Shown here piece by piece: positions 40,138 through 53,215 of a DNA stretch of 64,000 bases (the stretch's first letter is position 1; each line of letters opens with the position of its first letter). The DNA is from Octopus vulgaris (Eukaryota): positions 36,642,001 to 36,706,000 of the forward strand of contig OX597831.1 in NCBI GenBank assembly GCA_951406725.2, in the 5' to 3' direction. Position numbers and translations under genes: made by a program. Under the pieces are notes generated by a model that saw only the letters and a program-made list of their open reading frames with translations, made no database searches and was not told where the DNA came from.

Positions 40138-40539
40138 CAAGGCTGGATTAAGATCCATAGAGGCTTGGAGCACTTAAAGGATTTTGGTGCCTTCATATGT
40201 ATGCAACGCAAAATATAAACAATAATAAACTAGAATACAAATTTTTATTTTCCAAAATGGAACAGAAATTTACAGTAAAATGGAAAATAATGTTTATTTT
40301 TGTATACTTCAAATTTATTTATATTTGAAAAGTTTTCTCCTACTTTTTTTTAATTGCAAAGTCTTTCATCAAAATTAATCTTATGCAACACATCTGCTTC
40401 CATACTTCCTGAATAGTATTTTAGCAAATTTAAAGTGATTTTCTTTTGTGCTGTAAATCATTTACCATTTCTGTGGTTCCCCACTTCACTTGATGCTCTA
40501 AGTATGTCCATATTTTACTTTAAGGTTAAACCATTGCTG
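40138..40539. mobile_element. Possible old hAT-type MITE
   Basis: Degenerate inverted ends caaggctggattaa / ttaaaccattgctg; no TSD visible. Confidence 0.35.
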
Positions 40540-40985
40540 CTCAACATCTATTAAAAATTGTGACCCTTCTGGCCAAACTTATAACAGCGTGGCTTCCTGC
40601 CCTCTACCATTATAAAAAGAAAATAGCAGTGAGCTGGCAGAAATGTTAGCATGCCGGATGAAATGCTTAAGAGTATATCCTCTGTCTTTACATTCTGAGT
40701 TCAAATTCTGCCAAGGTTAACTTTGCTTTTCATCCTTTCAGGGTTGATGAATTAAGTAGCTGTTGCATACTGGGGTCGATCTAATCAACTAACCCCTTCC
40801 CCAAAATTCCTGGCCTTGTGCCTAGATTAGAAAAGAAACTTTAGCATGCCGGGTGAAATGCTTAGTGGTATTTCGTCTGTCTTTACGTTATGAGTTCAAA
40901 TTCCGCCAAGGTCAACTTTGCTTTCATCCTTTCGGAGTCGATAAATTAAGTACCAGTTGCGTACTGGGGTCAGTCTAATCGACTG

Positions 40986-41332
40986 GGGCTGAGAGCACCA
41001 GAGGTTTCCATGGCCACAGGCTCGACCATAGGCCTGTCAGAGAGCAACTGATACTTTGACAGTTTGATTGTCACTGCTTCACGAGCAGTGGAGCCTGGAA
41101 TGGTAACTGAATGCACAAAGTTACTGTTAGAGATGGGGTAACAACATGTGGCATCCCAGATGAGGGGCCTACTGTCTCAGAGTGGGAAAATGATCATACT
41201 GTTCATACTGTCAAGCTTTTCACTGTCCCTTCGGTCTAGTCCTGCTGGCTCGAGCTGGGAAGGGAAGCCAGCGGCATCTAGGCCATGCTTTATGATTTCA
41301 TTAAGGGTGGCATGACATGGAAGGTGGCTACC
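40986..41332 (-). mobile_element. CRE-like non-LTR retrotransposon, restriction-like endonuclease fragment
   Basis: Manual translation: CHATLNEIIKHGLDAAGFPSQLEPAGLDRRDSEKLDSM..IFPL*DSRPLIWDATC..PGSTAREA..KLSKY..EPVAMETSGAL, matching the RH..EP..PD..WD..K..KY..ET.G pattern. Confidence 0.8.
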
Positions 41333-42204
41333 ACTATAATGGTAAAAAAAAATTATACATTGAAAGGGAAAATTTTGTCTCTATTCAACAATGTCCATGC
41401 GAATGTATCTAAGTGACAACATGCACTATATTTTTCTTTCTAAAATATTTTCAGATCCTTATCTTCTTAACCAAAGATACACATTTAATCAAAGAATGCC
41501 TAAAATTTTCAAAAGGAAAGGAAAATGAAAAAAAGCGTTTGCAAATTTTTACAAATATCTATTTTCCCTTCCTCAATTTTCAATTTGTGATCGTTGACCA
41601 AGAATGCTAAGCATCTATTACTACACTGTCCAATGTGTCCTTCCCACTTTTAGATAAAAAAGCAGTGGCTGTAAGGAATGGAGAAAATTATTACTGCTAT
41701 TACTAGCACTCACACAGAGACACCTTCGTTGGTTTCTTCACCACAAGCCAAGAAAATTCAATAAAAATGTATCTGTGAAAATTCGATATACAAATCAAGC
41801 AGATAAGAGTTTACGGCTGTTGGCAGTTTTTGAATTGCAAGTGGTATAATTAGGTTAAATAATTATCTATAAACAATTTTCTGTGGTATTAATTACAGCC
41901 AGTTTGATAGTTGATCTACTTGCTTAATAAAAAAAATTTGTCCTCTGTGTGTACGTGTGTGTGCGTGTGTCTGCGCATGTGTGCTTTAGTCAAAGACTTT
42001 GAAGAAGTCACTGGCAAATGAATTTGGTGTGAATTTAAGAATAATTAAATTATAATACAATTCAATTTAATTAGCAAAACAATTTTCTTTTTCTTTAACA
42101 AAACTTATATATTTCGTAAAACAACTCTAAAGAAGTTTAAGAGAAAATGAATGATATAGAAATGTATATGTATGGAAATTGTTTGTAATACTGTGTGTGT
42201 GTGT

Positions 42205-42440
42205 CGTCTGCAGTGGGGACAGGGACAATTTACTCTACGAAGGCTCCGTTTTAGTCTATCCACTGATATAGTGTCCTTACGATCATTGATGTCTAATAGT
42301 GAAAACATTATCCGTGCGTGAAAGAAAACGGAAAGGACCTGCATACGGTACTGTTAACGGAAGTTTTAACAATATCGTTACGCACAAAGACGTGAGTCCA
42401 AAAAGTAAAGCTTTCTTCAAGGCAGAGTTAGAAATACAAT
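42205..42440 (-). mobile_element. Gypsy LTR retrotransposon integrase C-terminal remnant
   Basis: PLTVPYAGPFRFLSRTDNVFT / DINDRKDTISVDRLK across a frameshift (GPF module). Sequence up to ~42720 may be gag debris. Confidence 0.8.
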
Positions 42441-43722
42441 TATCAAGGAAGTAAGAGGTTTTAAACAGGAGCGATATATTCAAAATTGGTAAAACTATAA
42501 ATTGTCGAGGATAAATTGAATTTATTATTGTTACTGAATATGTTAGAGTTATTTAATTTCTGGACGATTTTGTTGCCATTGTTTATGTACTTTTTATGTG
42601 CCACTGTTTATTTCTTTATCCATCAAGTATTCTCGTTTGTGGGAGCAGTCGAGTTAATTCGGATATTCTCATTTAAAAAATCATCTCTGGCTAATCGTTG
42701 AGAGGATGTTGGCGTTGCCTTCCTGGAGGTTTCCGCTCTCTGAGTGCTCTTGTTATTTTTTGTACTTCTATATATTATTCAATGGAAATTACAATTCTGA
42801 AAGAATTACACTTATTTAAACTCTCCTCGCTCGACTTTCAGAATAGCTGGAAAAGGCAAAAAATTGAGTTGGTTGTTTCCTTGGTGATACTTTTTACACT
42901 TCCCTCCCACTACAGCCTGAAGTCTGAGCACTTTTCCAGTAATTTTTTCTCTTAGAATTTTTAACTTTTAAGATTTTTTGCCCCCAATTCAGTACCCTTT
43001 TCTTTTCTAACAAGGCACAGATTGCAATTCCGCAACTCTACCAAAATAAGAAAGAGACACATATACATATAGATACATATGCACGTACTTTTGAGTATAC
43101 ATATTAATCTTTTGTACAAAATATGAACAATTAACCATTTTTGTTTAACTTCTGGTCAGTATTGAATTCAATAAGCTATCAATGTGATGTATTCATTGTG
43201 CCAGAGATCAAGTCATATAATACACAAGACCTTTGTTTATATATGCTTGTCTCTTAAATATCTGTCACGATTATTCCATGATGTAGACAGTAAATACAAC
43301 CACCATAAACCGTTTTAGCACTGGGAAAATGAAAAATTATTTTTTGCAAACACTATAAGAGAAAGATATTAAAAATTGTCATAGAAATATCCAAACAATG
43401 GAATGTCTGCTGGAGGAAAATATCATAAATTAGCAAATACAGTTACTGTGAGGATTCCACCCTTGGGAAGATAACAATGTGTGTGTATGTGCGTGTGTGT
43501 TTGTGTTTTGTGTGTGTGTGTGTGCATGTGTGTGTGCATGCATGCGTGCGTATGTGTGTGTAAAGAATAAAACTTATGATAAAAAGTTTTTTACAGAAAT
43601 ATTCAAAAGACTGTCTGAACAAAGATTATCACAAAATAGTAAAGTAGTCAAACTGCTCACGCGCGCGCCTGTGTGCATAATACTAATAAATAGATAAAGA
43701 CTTAGCATTTTGAAGACACCAG

Positions 43723-43878
43723 CATCCCTGTCGCTAAGGGGTTGCACTGGACGGCACTGCAACCTCACTATTCGATGGTGTACCATCAGATTTACTCCAC
43801 TTTAGTGACTCCACTGTAACATTATTACAAATTAGTACCCATCCAGAATATTCTGAAGTACCCCTGGCGACAGGCTTG
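43723..43878. mobile_element. Small hAT-type MITE
   Basis: TIRs catccctgtcgctaagggg / cccctggcgacaggcttg; flanks gacaccag / gacactgg match 6 of 8 bases. Confidence 0.65.
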
Positions 43879-44749
43879 GACACTGGGTAGAGTCGAAAAT
43901 GTGAATGAATGCCATGGTTAAAGTAAACCAAATCAGATTGAAGGATATAGAAAACCGTCCCATTTTAATATATTATACAAACCACGTAATACATGAGTGT
44001 CATGTAAGTCCAGACCGTTTATGAAAATGGGAAAATGTTGCCAAATTCAGAAATTAAGTGCAAACATCATGTCTTATTAGAGGAGCACTCCGTCGGTTAC
44101 GACGATGAGGGTCCCAGCTGATACGATCAACGGAACAGCTTGCTCGTGGAATTAACGTGCAAGTGGCTGAGCACTCCACAGACACGTGTGCCCTTAATGT
44201 AGTTCTCGAGGAGATTTAGCATGACACAGAGTGTGACAAGGCTGGCCCTTTTGAAATACAGGTACAACAGAAACAGGAAGAAAGAGTGAGAGAAAGTTGT
44301 GGTGAAAGAGTACAGCAGGGTTCCCCCCTCCCCCCTGCAGGAGCCTCTTGAAGCTTTAGGTGTTTTTGCTCAATAAACACTCACAATGCCCGGTCTGGGA
44401 TCGAGACCGCGATCCTACGACCGCGAGTCCGCTGCCCTAACCACTGGGCCATTGCGCCTCCACTATGTCTTATTTATTGTCTCACAGACTGAAGTGTTCT
44501 TGTAAAAAAACCTCTTTGATAAGAACATTATTCTGAAATATTTTTTGTCGTAAACCCCTTTTTTATGTTCTATTGGAGACAACAAAGCTTTCAGTTTTTG
44601 GAGAAAGGGCTTAAAATATATTCCTTCTTAATTCTTCTGTTGAAAATATCATGTAGAAGTTCTTCTATTTATTATTCCTCTTATAAGAAAGGCAGTGAAA
44701 GTAAGAGACGGTAAATTTAATTCCATAACGGAAGGTAAAATACGTTTCT

Positions 44750-45350
44750 CATTTCTTTACTGCCCACAAGGGGCTTCACACAGAGGGGACAAACAAGGAC
44801 AGACAAACGGATTAAGTCAATTATATCGACCCCAGTGCGTAGCTGGTACTTATTTAATCGACCCCGAAAGGATGAAAGGCAAAGTCGACCTCGGCGGAAT
44901 TTGAACTCAGAACGTAGCGGCAGATGAAATACCTATTTCTTTACTATCCACAAGGGGCTAAACACAGAGAAGACAAACAAGGACAGACTAACAGATTAAG
45001 TCAATTATATCGACCCAGTGCGTAACTGGTACTTATTTAATCGACCCCGAAAGGCTGAAAGGCAAAGTCGACCTCAGCGGAATTTGAACTCAGAACGTAG
45101 TGGCAGGCGAAATACCTATTTCTATTTCTTTACTACCCACGCAAGGGGCTAAATACAGAGAGGACAAACAAGGACAGACAAACGGATTAAGTCGATTATA
45201 TCGACCCCAGTGTGTAACTGGTACTTATTTAATCGACCCCGATAGAACGAAAGGCAAAGTCGACCTTGGCGGAAATTGAACTCAGAACGTAGCGACAGAC
45301 GAAATACTGCTAAGCATTTTGCCCGGTGTGCTAACGTTTCTGCCAGCTCG
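44750..45350 (-). mobile_element. SINE A trimer (one full and two headless units)
   Basis: ~180-bp period with junctions gaaatacctatttc; a similar array lies at 55232-55650(-). Confidence 0.88.
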
Positions 45351-45856
45351 ATTCTGTCATCTTTCAGTTTCTATTTATCCAATACACTGTCATGGCTTTG
45401 GTGAGTCCATGGCTAGAGTAGAATACACTTGCCCAAGGTGCCATGCAGTGGGATTGAATCCAGCAACAATGTGGTTGAGAAACAAGTTTCTCATCACACA
45501 GCCATGCTTGCGGTTGTCATATACACAACCATCATGATTATTCCACGATATGCATAGGCATAATTTATTCAATAAATACATCTATCATAATACTCTTTAG
45601 CTTTAAGGAAATGTCTTTATTGGTTTCGTTTTTTTTGTCTTTTTCTGTACACATTCGAAGAGAGATATATAAAAATTATCATAGAAATATTACACAATAG
45701 GATGTCTGGATGAAAAAAATAATAATAGTCATAAATAAGTAAATACAGAAACTGTAAGGATTCCCTCTCTAATAAGACAACGTTATATATATGTGTGTGT
45801 GTATGTATATATACATACACACACCCATATATATATACATACATACACACACACAC

Positions 45857-45896
<40 letters not shown>

Positions 45897-46013
45897 AAGA
45901 ACAGGACAGAAGATAATTTTTTTTTGTCTTATTTGTAAATGTTCAAACAAAAGAATCTCTGAAAAAATATTCCATGCATATATAGCAAATTTGTCAGATT
46001 ATATATAAATATA

Positions 46014-46708
46014 CAGTGAGAAACTAACAGCGGAGCTTCAAGCAGTCCAACGTCACTACACTAAAAAGATTGAATAAGTACCAGTTACACACTGGGGTCG
46101 ATATAATCGACTTAATCCGTTTGTCTGTCCTCTCTGTATTTACTCTTGTTTGTCCTCTCTGTATTTACAGTGGATGAGTTACAGAGATAGGCTGAGAAAA
46201 CTACAGCTTTATTCCTTGGAGTGAAGGCGTGACAGATACACAATGATATACATATGGAAAATCCGAGAATGGCTAGTACCTAACTTTGGCATTGAGTGTT
46301 ATACAAATGCCAGAACCGGCCACCATTGTAATGAAGGAAAGGTACCGTCCACTCAACCTAAATTCAGGACCAGGTATTGCAATAGTCTAGGGTTCAAAGG
46401 CCAACAGCTTTTCAATGCCCTGATACAAAAATTAAGAAATTTGAGCGAGGTGGAAGTAGATGTCTTCAAAAAGGAATTAGACATCTTCCTCTCCACAATA
46501 CTGGATGAACCAACAGCCCAGCATGAGGTACAGACGAGGGCAGCGGAATCAAACTCAGTTATACATCAAATGTACCCACAGCTGGGGAAAAGGCACACAC
46601 AGGAGTGGTTATGTGAAATACCCAGACTGGGGAAATCAGAGAAACCATGGTGGTGCTCCAGCATGACCACAGCCACATGGCTGAAACGAGGAAAAGAGTA
46701 AAAAAGTA
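46014..46708 (+). mobile_element. 5'-truncated CR1-group LINE: ORF2 end and 3' tail, interrupted by a SINE A piece (46073-46170)
   Basis: ELQAVQRHYTKKIE..MSYRDRLRKLQLYSLE*RRDRYTMIYIWKI..LFNAL..FKKELDIFLSTILDEP (ORF 46243-46701). Confidence 0.85.
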
Positions 46709-46714
46709 TGGTTG

Positions 46715-46900
<186 letters not shown>

Positions 46901-46921
46901 TGCATATGTGTGTGTGTGTAT

Positions 46922-47720
46922 GTAGAAGGTTGAAAAGGAACACATGAGTTGATATGTATAAAGTAAATAAGTCAAGGTAGAAAATGCTTAAAAGATTTTA
47001 GCATAAAGAACACTTTAGCACCGGTTTCAGTCATTGGGACTTTTTCAACTCTAAGTATGGAAAACAATTGCATTTTGGAAAAATTAAATGGAAAGTCTTT
47101 TTTAAAGAATATTTGCATGTTATTCAAATACAAGGGGCGTTTTTCTTGTTTCTCCTTGTCTGTGTCTCTCTCTTTTACTCTTGTGGGTTCAAGGTCATTG
47201 TGAATTCTTGGCAGAAAAGAAGCAGGAGAAGAAGAAGGAGATGAAGAAGTAGTAGTAGAAGAAGAAGAAGAACAAGAATGCGGGGGTGGTATGATGGTAG
47301 TAGGATGTTAAATGGTCAAGTGCCCTGCTATCCACCACGACCTTAGGATAACACACATGCAAATATAAAAAATGATACATTCAAAAGAGATACCCAAGAA
47401 TTCATTTAAAATAGTCCCAATCATTACTATAATCCCCAACGAACCACTTTTAGGTCACTTGAAGATTTAACACCCCATGACTATCATACCACTCCTGTAA
47501 TCTTTTATTATTCTTTCTCCTTCTTCTTCTTTGTCTTCTTTCTCTCCGCCACCTCCTTCATTCACTACTACTGCTGCTTAGAATAACATCCACGCAAGTA
47601 TTAAAAAACAATACATTTAAAAGAGATACCTCAAGAACTCAATCACTACTACCATCTACAAAAAGTCACTTTCAGGGCACTTGAACATTTAAAATCCTAC
47701 TACTATAATACCACTCTATA
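46922..47720 (-). mobile_element. Penelope 3'/pLTR-related segment (minus) followed by inverted partial copies
   Basis: 46922-47330 is homologous to 58560-58940 and to 48935-49420(-); 47330-47720 contains plus-orientation pieces of the same family. Confidence 0.65.
47017..47050 (-). ncRNA. Hammerhead motif, U3-A8 core, GUG at the cleavage triplet
   Basis: Minus strand: ag TTGAAAA agtc(ccaat)gact GAAA ccgg TG ct. Confidence 0.65.
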
Positions 47721-47779
47721 TATGTATATAAGTATAGATATGTATATATATATATATATATGTATATATAGATTCATAC

Positions 47780-47848
<69 letters not shown>

Positions 47849-49024
47849 CACTTATAAACACATGTATTTATGTGCGAGTGTGTGTCTGAATGTATGTCCT
47901 ACATGCAACAATTATTGTTGTTATCTAGACCCCACTGAGAGAGCTTTTGTTTCAAAGAAACCAGTTTCCTCATTCTTGAATTATTACTAATTAATAGAAA
48001 CAACAGAAATAAATCAGAAGAGCTGGAAGAAATTCATTTCAAATGAAAATGGTTTCAAAGTGGACAATTTTCTTCGTATTCTTGTTTTCCATAGAATGTA
48101 AAACGCGATTCCCAAACAACTTTTCCTGAGATTTTCAAATTTCTTATACACCACGCCTACCAAATTCCGTACCGTTTCCCTTCACTCAAGAGGTACCGCT
48201 AGCTATTTGAAGACTCTGCCAAAAGAAAGAAAAGATATGCATAGGTACAAATGTTTGAAAAGAAATTTATTTTATGTACACTATGAATAATTAAGCATTT
48301 TTGCTTAATTTCTTGACAATATTGTATATATTGAGCTACTAAAATGAATGATGTAGTATTTTTTTATTTTGCCTGTGATAGGGTCATATAATACATGACA
48401 ACACCTGGATGTGTGCGTGTGCACATGTGTGTGTGTGTGCATGTGTGTGCATGTGTGTACGTGTGTGCACATGTATCTTTTCAAGATTATTCTATAATGT
48501 AAACATAATTTATTCAGTAAATACATCTAACAAAGCTTCTTAGCATTAGGAAAATGATTTCTTTTGTGTGTGTGTGTGTTTGTGTTTGAACATTCTTAGA
48601 GAAAGATATTAAAACTTGTAATACATATCTGCAAATTACGGGCTGTCTGGATAAAAAAAAAGCACACAAGAAAATTCATAAATAAGTAAGTGCAGCTAAT
48701 GTGAGGATTTCACTATATTGCAAGGTGATATATAATTGTGAAGAATAGAAAAAAAGACAACACTCACACACACACACACTCACATATATATATATCTTTT
48801 ATCTCTTACCTGTTTCAGTCATTAGACTACAGCCATGCTGAGACCTACCTTGAAATTTTAGTCAAATAAATCAACCCTGTACTTATTTTTCAAGCCTAGT
48901 ACTTATACCTTGCTAAAATCATGATATATATATATGTAGAAGTTTGAAAAGGAACGCATGAGTTGACATATATGGAAAAATGTCAAGATGGAAAATGCTA
49001 AAATAATTTTATAAAAAACATTTT

Positions 49025-49059
49025 AGCACCTGTTTCAGTCATTGAAACTTTTTCAACTG
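49025..49059 (-). ncRNA. Decayed hammerhead motif, U3-A8 core
   Basis: Minus strand: cag TTGAAAA agtt(tcaat)gact GAAA cagg TG ct, within Penelope-related segment 48935-49420. Confidence 0.55.
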
Positions 49060-49449
49060 TAAGTATGGAGAGCAATTAAATTTTGGAAAAAATTAAAAGA
49101 AAAGCTTTTTTAAAAGAATATTTGCATAGTGTCTCTTTGTTTCTGCCTATTTCTGTCTCTCTTGTTTACTCTTGTGGGTTCGAGGTCGTTGTAAATTCTT
49201 GGTAGGGTAGAATAAGAAGAATAAGAAGAAAAAGGGGAGGAGGAGAAGAAGAAGGAGGAGGAGGAGAAGAGGAAGAAGAAGAAATGTGTGAGTGCCTCGA
49301 TAGTACTATGTTAAATGGCCAAGTGTCCTGAAAGTGACTTGTGGATAGTAGTAGTGATTGAATTCCTGAAACATCTCTTTAGAATGTTTTGTTTATAAAA
49401 TTTGCATAGGTGTTATTCTAAACAGCAATATATATATATACATATACAC

Positions 49450-49619
<170 letters not shown>

Positions 49620-49667
49620 TAAATGAAAGAATGGAGTCGAACGAAGATGTTAACAAAATTCCTTTAC

Positions 49668-49747
49668 TCTCGACACATGTTTCGAAGACAGCATTTTCTC
49701 ATTTCAAAGGAATAAAGGGTGCATTATGCAATCTTCTCATCAGGAAA
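49668..49747 (-). ncRNA. Hammerhead motif with extended stem II, GUC site
   Basis: Minus strand: tttc CTGATGA gaagattgcat..atgctgtcttc GAAA catgtg TC gaga; element flanked by (TA)n. Confidence 0.8.
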
Positions 49748-50270
49748 GAAAGAGAGCCCCTCTCGACAACAAGACAAACAAAAATTATACATATATATAT
49801 TCTATCGGCCTTTTTGCTGAACCTCTAAGTCATGGCGACGTAAACACACCAGCATTGGTTGTCAAGCAAAGTTGGGGGTACAAACATACACACACCAAAG
49901 CCTTGTGAGGGTCGACCAAAGCCTTGTGAGTGGATTTGGTAGAATGGAAACTGAAAGAAGCCCATGTATATGTGTTCGTGTGTGTATGTTTGTACCCCCA
50001 ACGTTGCTTGACAACCGATGCTGGTGTGTTTACCTCACCGTGACTTAGCGGTTCGGCAAAAGACACCGATAGAATAAGTACTAGGCTTACAAAGAATAAG
50101 TCCTGGGGTCAATTTGTTCCACGAAAACAGTGCTCCAGCATGGCCACAGTCAAATGACCAAAACAACTAAAAGAATAAAAGAATATATATATATATATAT
50201 ATGCATACATATATACATATCTTCCTATAGATATGCATATATATTTATGCGCGCGCACACACACACATAT

Positions 50271-50311
<41 letters not shown>

Positions 50312-50680
50312 CACAGACGCTCATATTTTCCAAAACATGCTTTAATATGCTATCCTATGTATCTCTCTTTTCGACTTCTTTATAGATTTTTACTAGTTAA
50401 GTACATAACTATTACAAATTTAACATGCTTCGCTCTGTAGAATTTTGCCAGGATGATGGTTTTCTTTGATAACCATGGTATAATCAATCCATTAACCATG
50501 CTCTGTTACATGAGATTCTGTCTATTGAGCAGCATAGTGCTACCAATACTGATTATTGGTTTCAAAGCGAAAGACTATTTATATTACAAAGGTGTTAGCA
50601 ATATTGCTTTCCTCTAATTCGCATCTCCTCCATCTATCTCTCCCTTCCTCCTTTCCCGTCCTTCTCACATGTGCAATCTT

Positions 50681-50719
<39 letters not shown>

Positions 50720-51110
50720 TCTCGCCCTGTTCTTTAACTCTACCCAGACCACTTGATCGTCACTTTAGCTTGTGTTAAAAGTAAAGAGGTCTTCCACTTG
50801 ACCAAGACAATCGATAGAGAATTACTTCTTCGTCAGATTAAAGAGTTACGATTATCAAAAAAAAAAAAAAAAAAAAAGAAAGGAAAGAAAGCAAAAAACA
50901 AAAAAAGCATCTAAATAATGCGATAATGCGTCACTGCTTCTGAGTTTTCCAGCTTATTTACACTTGCTGTTATTAAGTTAGTAAAAGAAGGCAGATAGCC
51001 TGTTAGTTATGGTGTTTGACCACATGATCTTGAGGTTGTGAGTTGTGAGTTCAAGAAGATTGAGTGGAAGATGGCACCACAGACTCCATACTTCTTTCAG
51101 GCATCGGCGG

Positions 51111-51344
51111 CGTCATCATCATCACCATCGTTATCACCATCATAATCATCATCATCATCATCGTCATCATCATCATCATCACCATCACCGTCATCATCAT
51201 CATCTTCATTACCATCATTGTAATCATTGTAATCATCATTATCATCATGTCATAATTACCATCATCATTATCATTGTTGTCATCATCGTCCTCTTCATCG
51301 TCATCATCACCATCATCATCACCATCATAATCATTGTCGTCATC

Positions 51345-51394
<50 letters not shown>

Positions 51395-51538
51395 AATCAT
51401 CATCATCATCATCATCATTATCATCATCGTAATCATCGTAATCATCATTATCATCATTGTCATAATTACCATCATCATCATCATTGTTGTCGTCATCATC
51501 GTCTTCATCCCCCTCCTCCTCCTCATCATCATCATCAC
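51111..51538. repeat. Degenerate (CAT)n microsatellite (expanded tail of a family C element)
   Basis: Runs into cttaacgaatgttttccatgctggcatggg, the family C 3' end on the minus strand. Confidence 0.93.
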
Positions 51539-52383
51539 TTAACGAATGTTTTCCATGCTGGCATGGGCTGGATGTCTTGACAGGATGTAAAGTTATCCCA
51601 GAGTTGGGTAGTGGCATTAAACAATGACAGATTAAGTCTACTACACTAAAAATGGAAAATTCCTCTGATAGGCTTCTTCATAGTTTCTTTGAAATAAATT
51701 CCATTCATAATACTTTGGTTAAACTACAGATGTGGTAGGGTGAACTTCCACCAGAGGGTTGGTAGTGAAATAAAACCCAGGCCTAAAAGTTGTACGGTAT
51801 CTGTGATACCGACTTCACTACTTAGCCCTGTCTTCACAATTTTTACCTGGAGCAATCATGTCATTGATCTCATTTGGTAAATGAAAAACGATAACCATTT
51901 TTTTTTTTTGGAACCCTGAAAATTTTTTTTCCTTCTGCTGCTTGTATGTGTGAACAGCGTATCAGGCTGGGATATATAAAGCAGTATCAGCCCTTGCCTA
52001 AACCACTTATCAGAATATAAATTGTCAACTTAATCATTGATCCAAACCCTTCAAATTAAAAGAAATTCTTTTTTTTTAAACTCAACTACCAGTTATTATT
52101 GTGATCAAAGATCATTGCTTTGATATCCTAAACAAATTATTTTCAAATAAATGAACTGGTAATTACAGGCCTGCACATTCCTAACACCACTCTCAAACTA
52201 ACTCAATTTAATTCATTTCTACTCATTAATTTGCTTAATCAACCATGTTAACTACATCTATCAATTCTCGTTAGATAAATTTATAAACATACTTCCTTAT
52301 TTTTATTCAATCTCATATTGTCTTTGTTCTTTTTTTCCTTTGTTTTTTAATGGATGCTTTCTACTGTAAAGCATTTCATTGTA

Positions 52384-53215
52384 GTTATATACAAAGAATA
52401 TTTAAATGGTTATTACTATGAAGGCGTGGTTGTGTAATTACACAAAGAATATTAAAGCTATTAATACTTATACAGGTAAAGTCGTGAGCTGGCAGAAAAA
52501 TTAACACACTGAGCAAAATGGTTAGTGGAATTTTGTTGGTCTTCAAATTCTGTTTGGGGTCAGTTTTGGCTTTCATCCATTCAGGGTCATTAAAATGAGT
52601 ACCAGTTAAACACTGGGGAAAATGTAATTGACTTACACCCTCCTCTCAACATTGCTGGCCTTGTGCCAAAATTTGAAACCAATATTAAAGTTATTATTAC
52701 TTATACAGGTAAGGCAGTAAACTGACAGAATTATGGACATGCCAGGCAGAATGTTTAGCAGGGTTCTGTCTGTCTTTACGTTCTGAGTTCAAGTTTCACT
52801 GAGGTCGACTTTGCCTGTCATCCTTCTGTGGTTAGTAAAATAAATACCAGTGGAACACTGGGGTCGATGTAATTGACTTACTCCCTGCTCTGAAATTGCT
52901 GGACTTGGAATCATTATTATTTATACAGGTGTGTTTATGCAGTTCCATGAGAAATATCTCAGTAATTAAGTGATTATTACCAAATAGGCATGATTGTGTT
53001 GTTATACAAAGAATATCTAATTGATTATTTTCATGCAGGCACAGTGGGGTGTTATACAAGGAATAACAAGGTAATTATTCCTTTGCATGTATGGTTGTGT
53101 TATTACACAAGGAATATATAAGTGACTAATACCTTTATAGGTATGGTTGTGTAGTTATACAAGGATTACCTAAATAATTATTCTTACACAGAAATGTTCA
53201 TAAGGTTAAGAAAGT
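52384..53215 (+). repeat. Diverged ~50-bp minisatellite with two embedded SINE A copies
   Basis: Recurring tta(t/c)acaa(a/g)gaata..attatt..aggc(a/g)tggttgtgt. Confidence 0.75.

Noticed and set aside
46140-46172. Pyrimidine tract plus CAG before the LINE frame, resembling a splice acceptor
   Set aside because: It derives from a duplicated SINE A tail; an in-frame stop follows and no donor is evident.
51045-51617. His-, Ile-, Asp- and Met-rich ORFs (also poly-L/I at 28.7 kb, poly-N at 56.4 kb and YI/CV-rich ORFs throughout)
   Set aside because: Translations of microsatellites that stay open in several frames.
52384-53215. Repeat-spacer appearance suggestive of CRISPR (also the SINE arrays)
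   Set aside because: Eukaryotic context, diverged repeats, no unique constant-length spacers and no cas genes.
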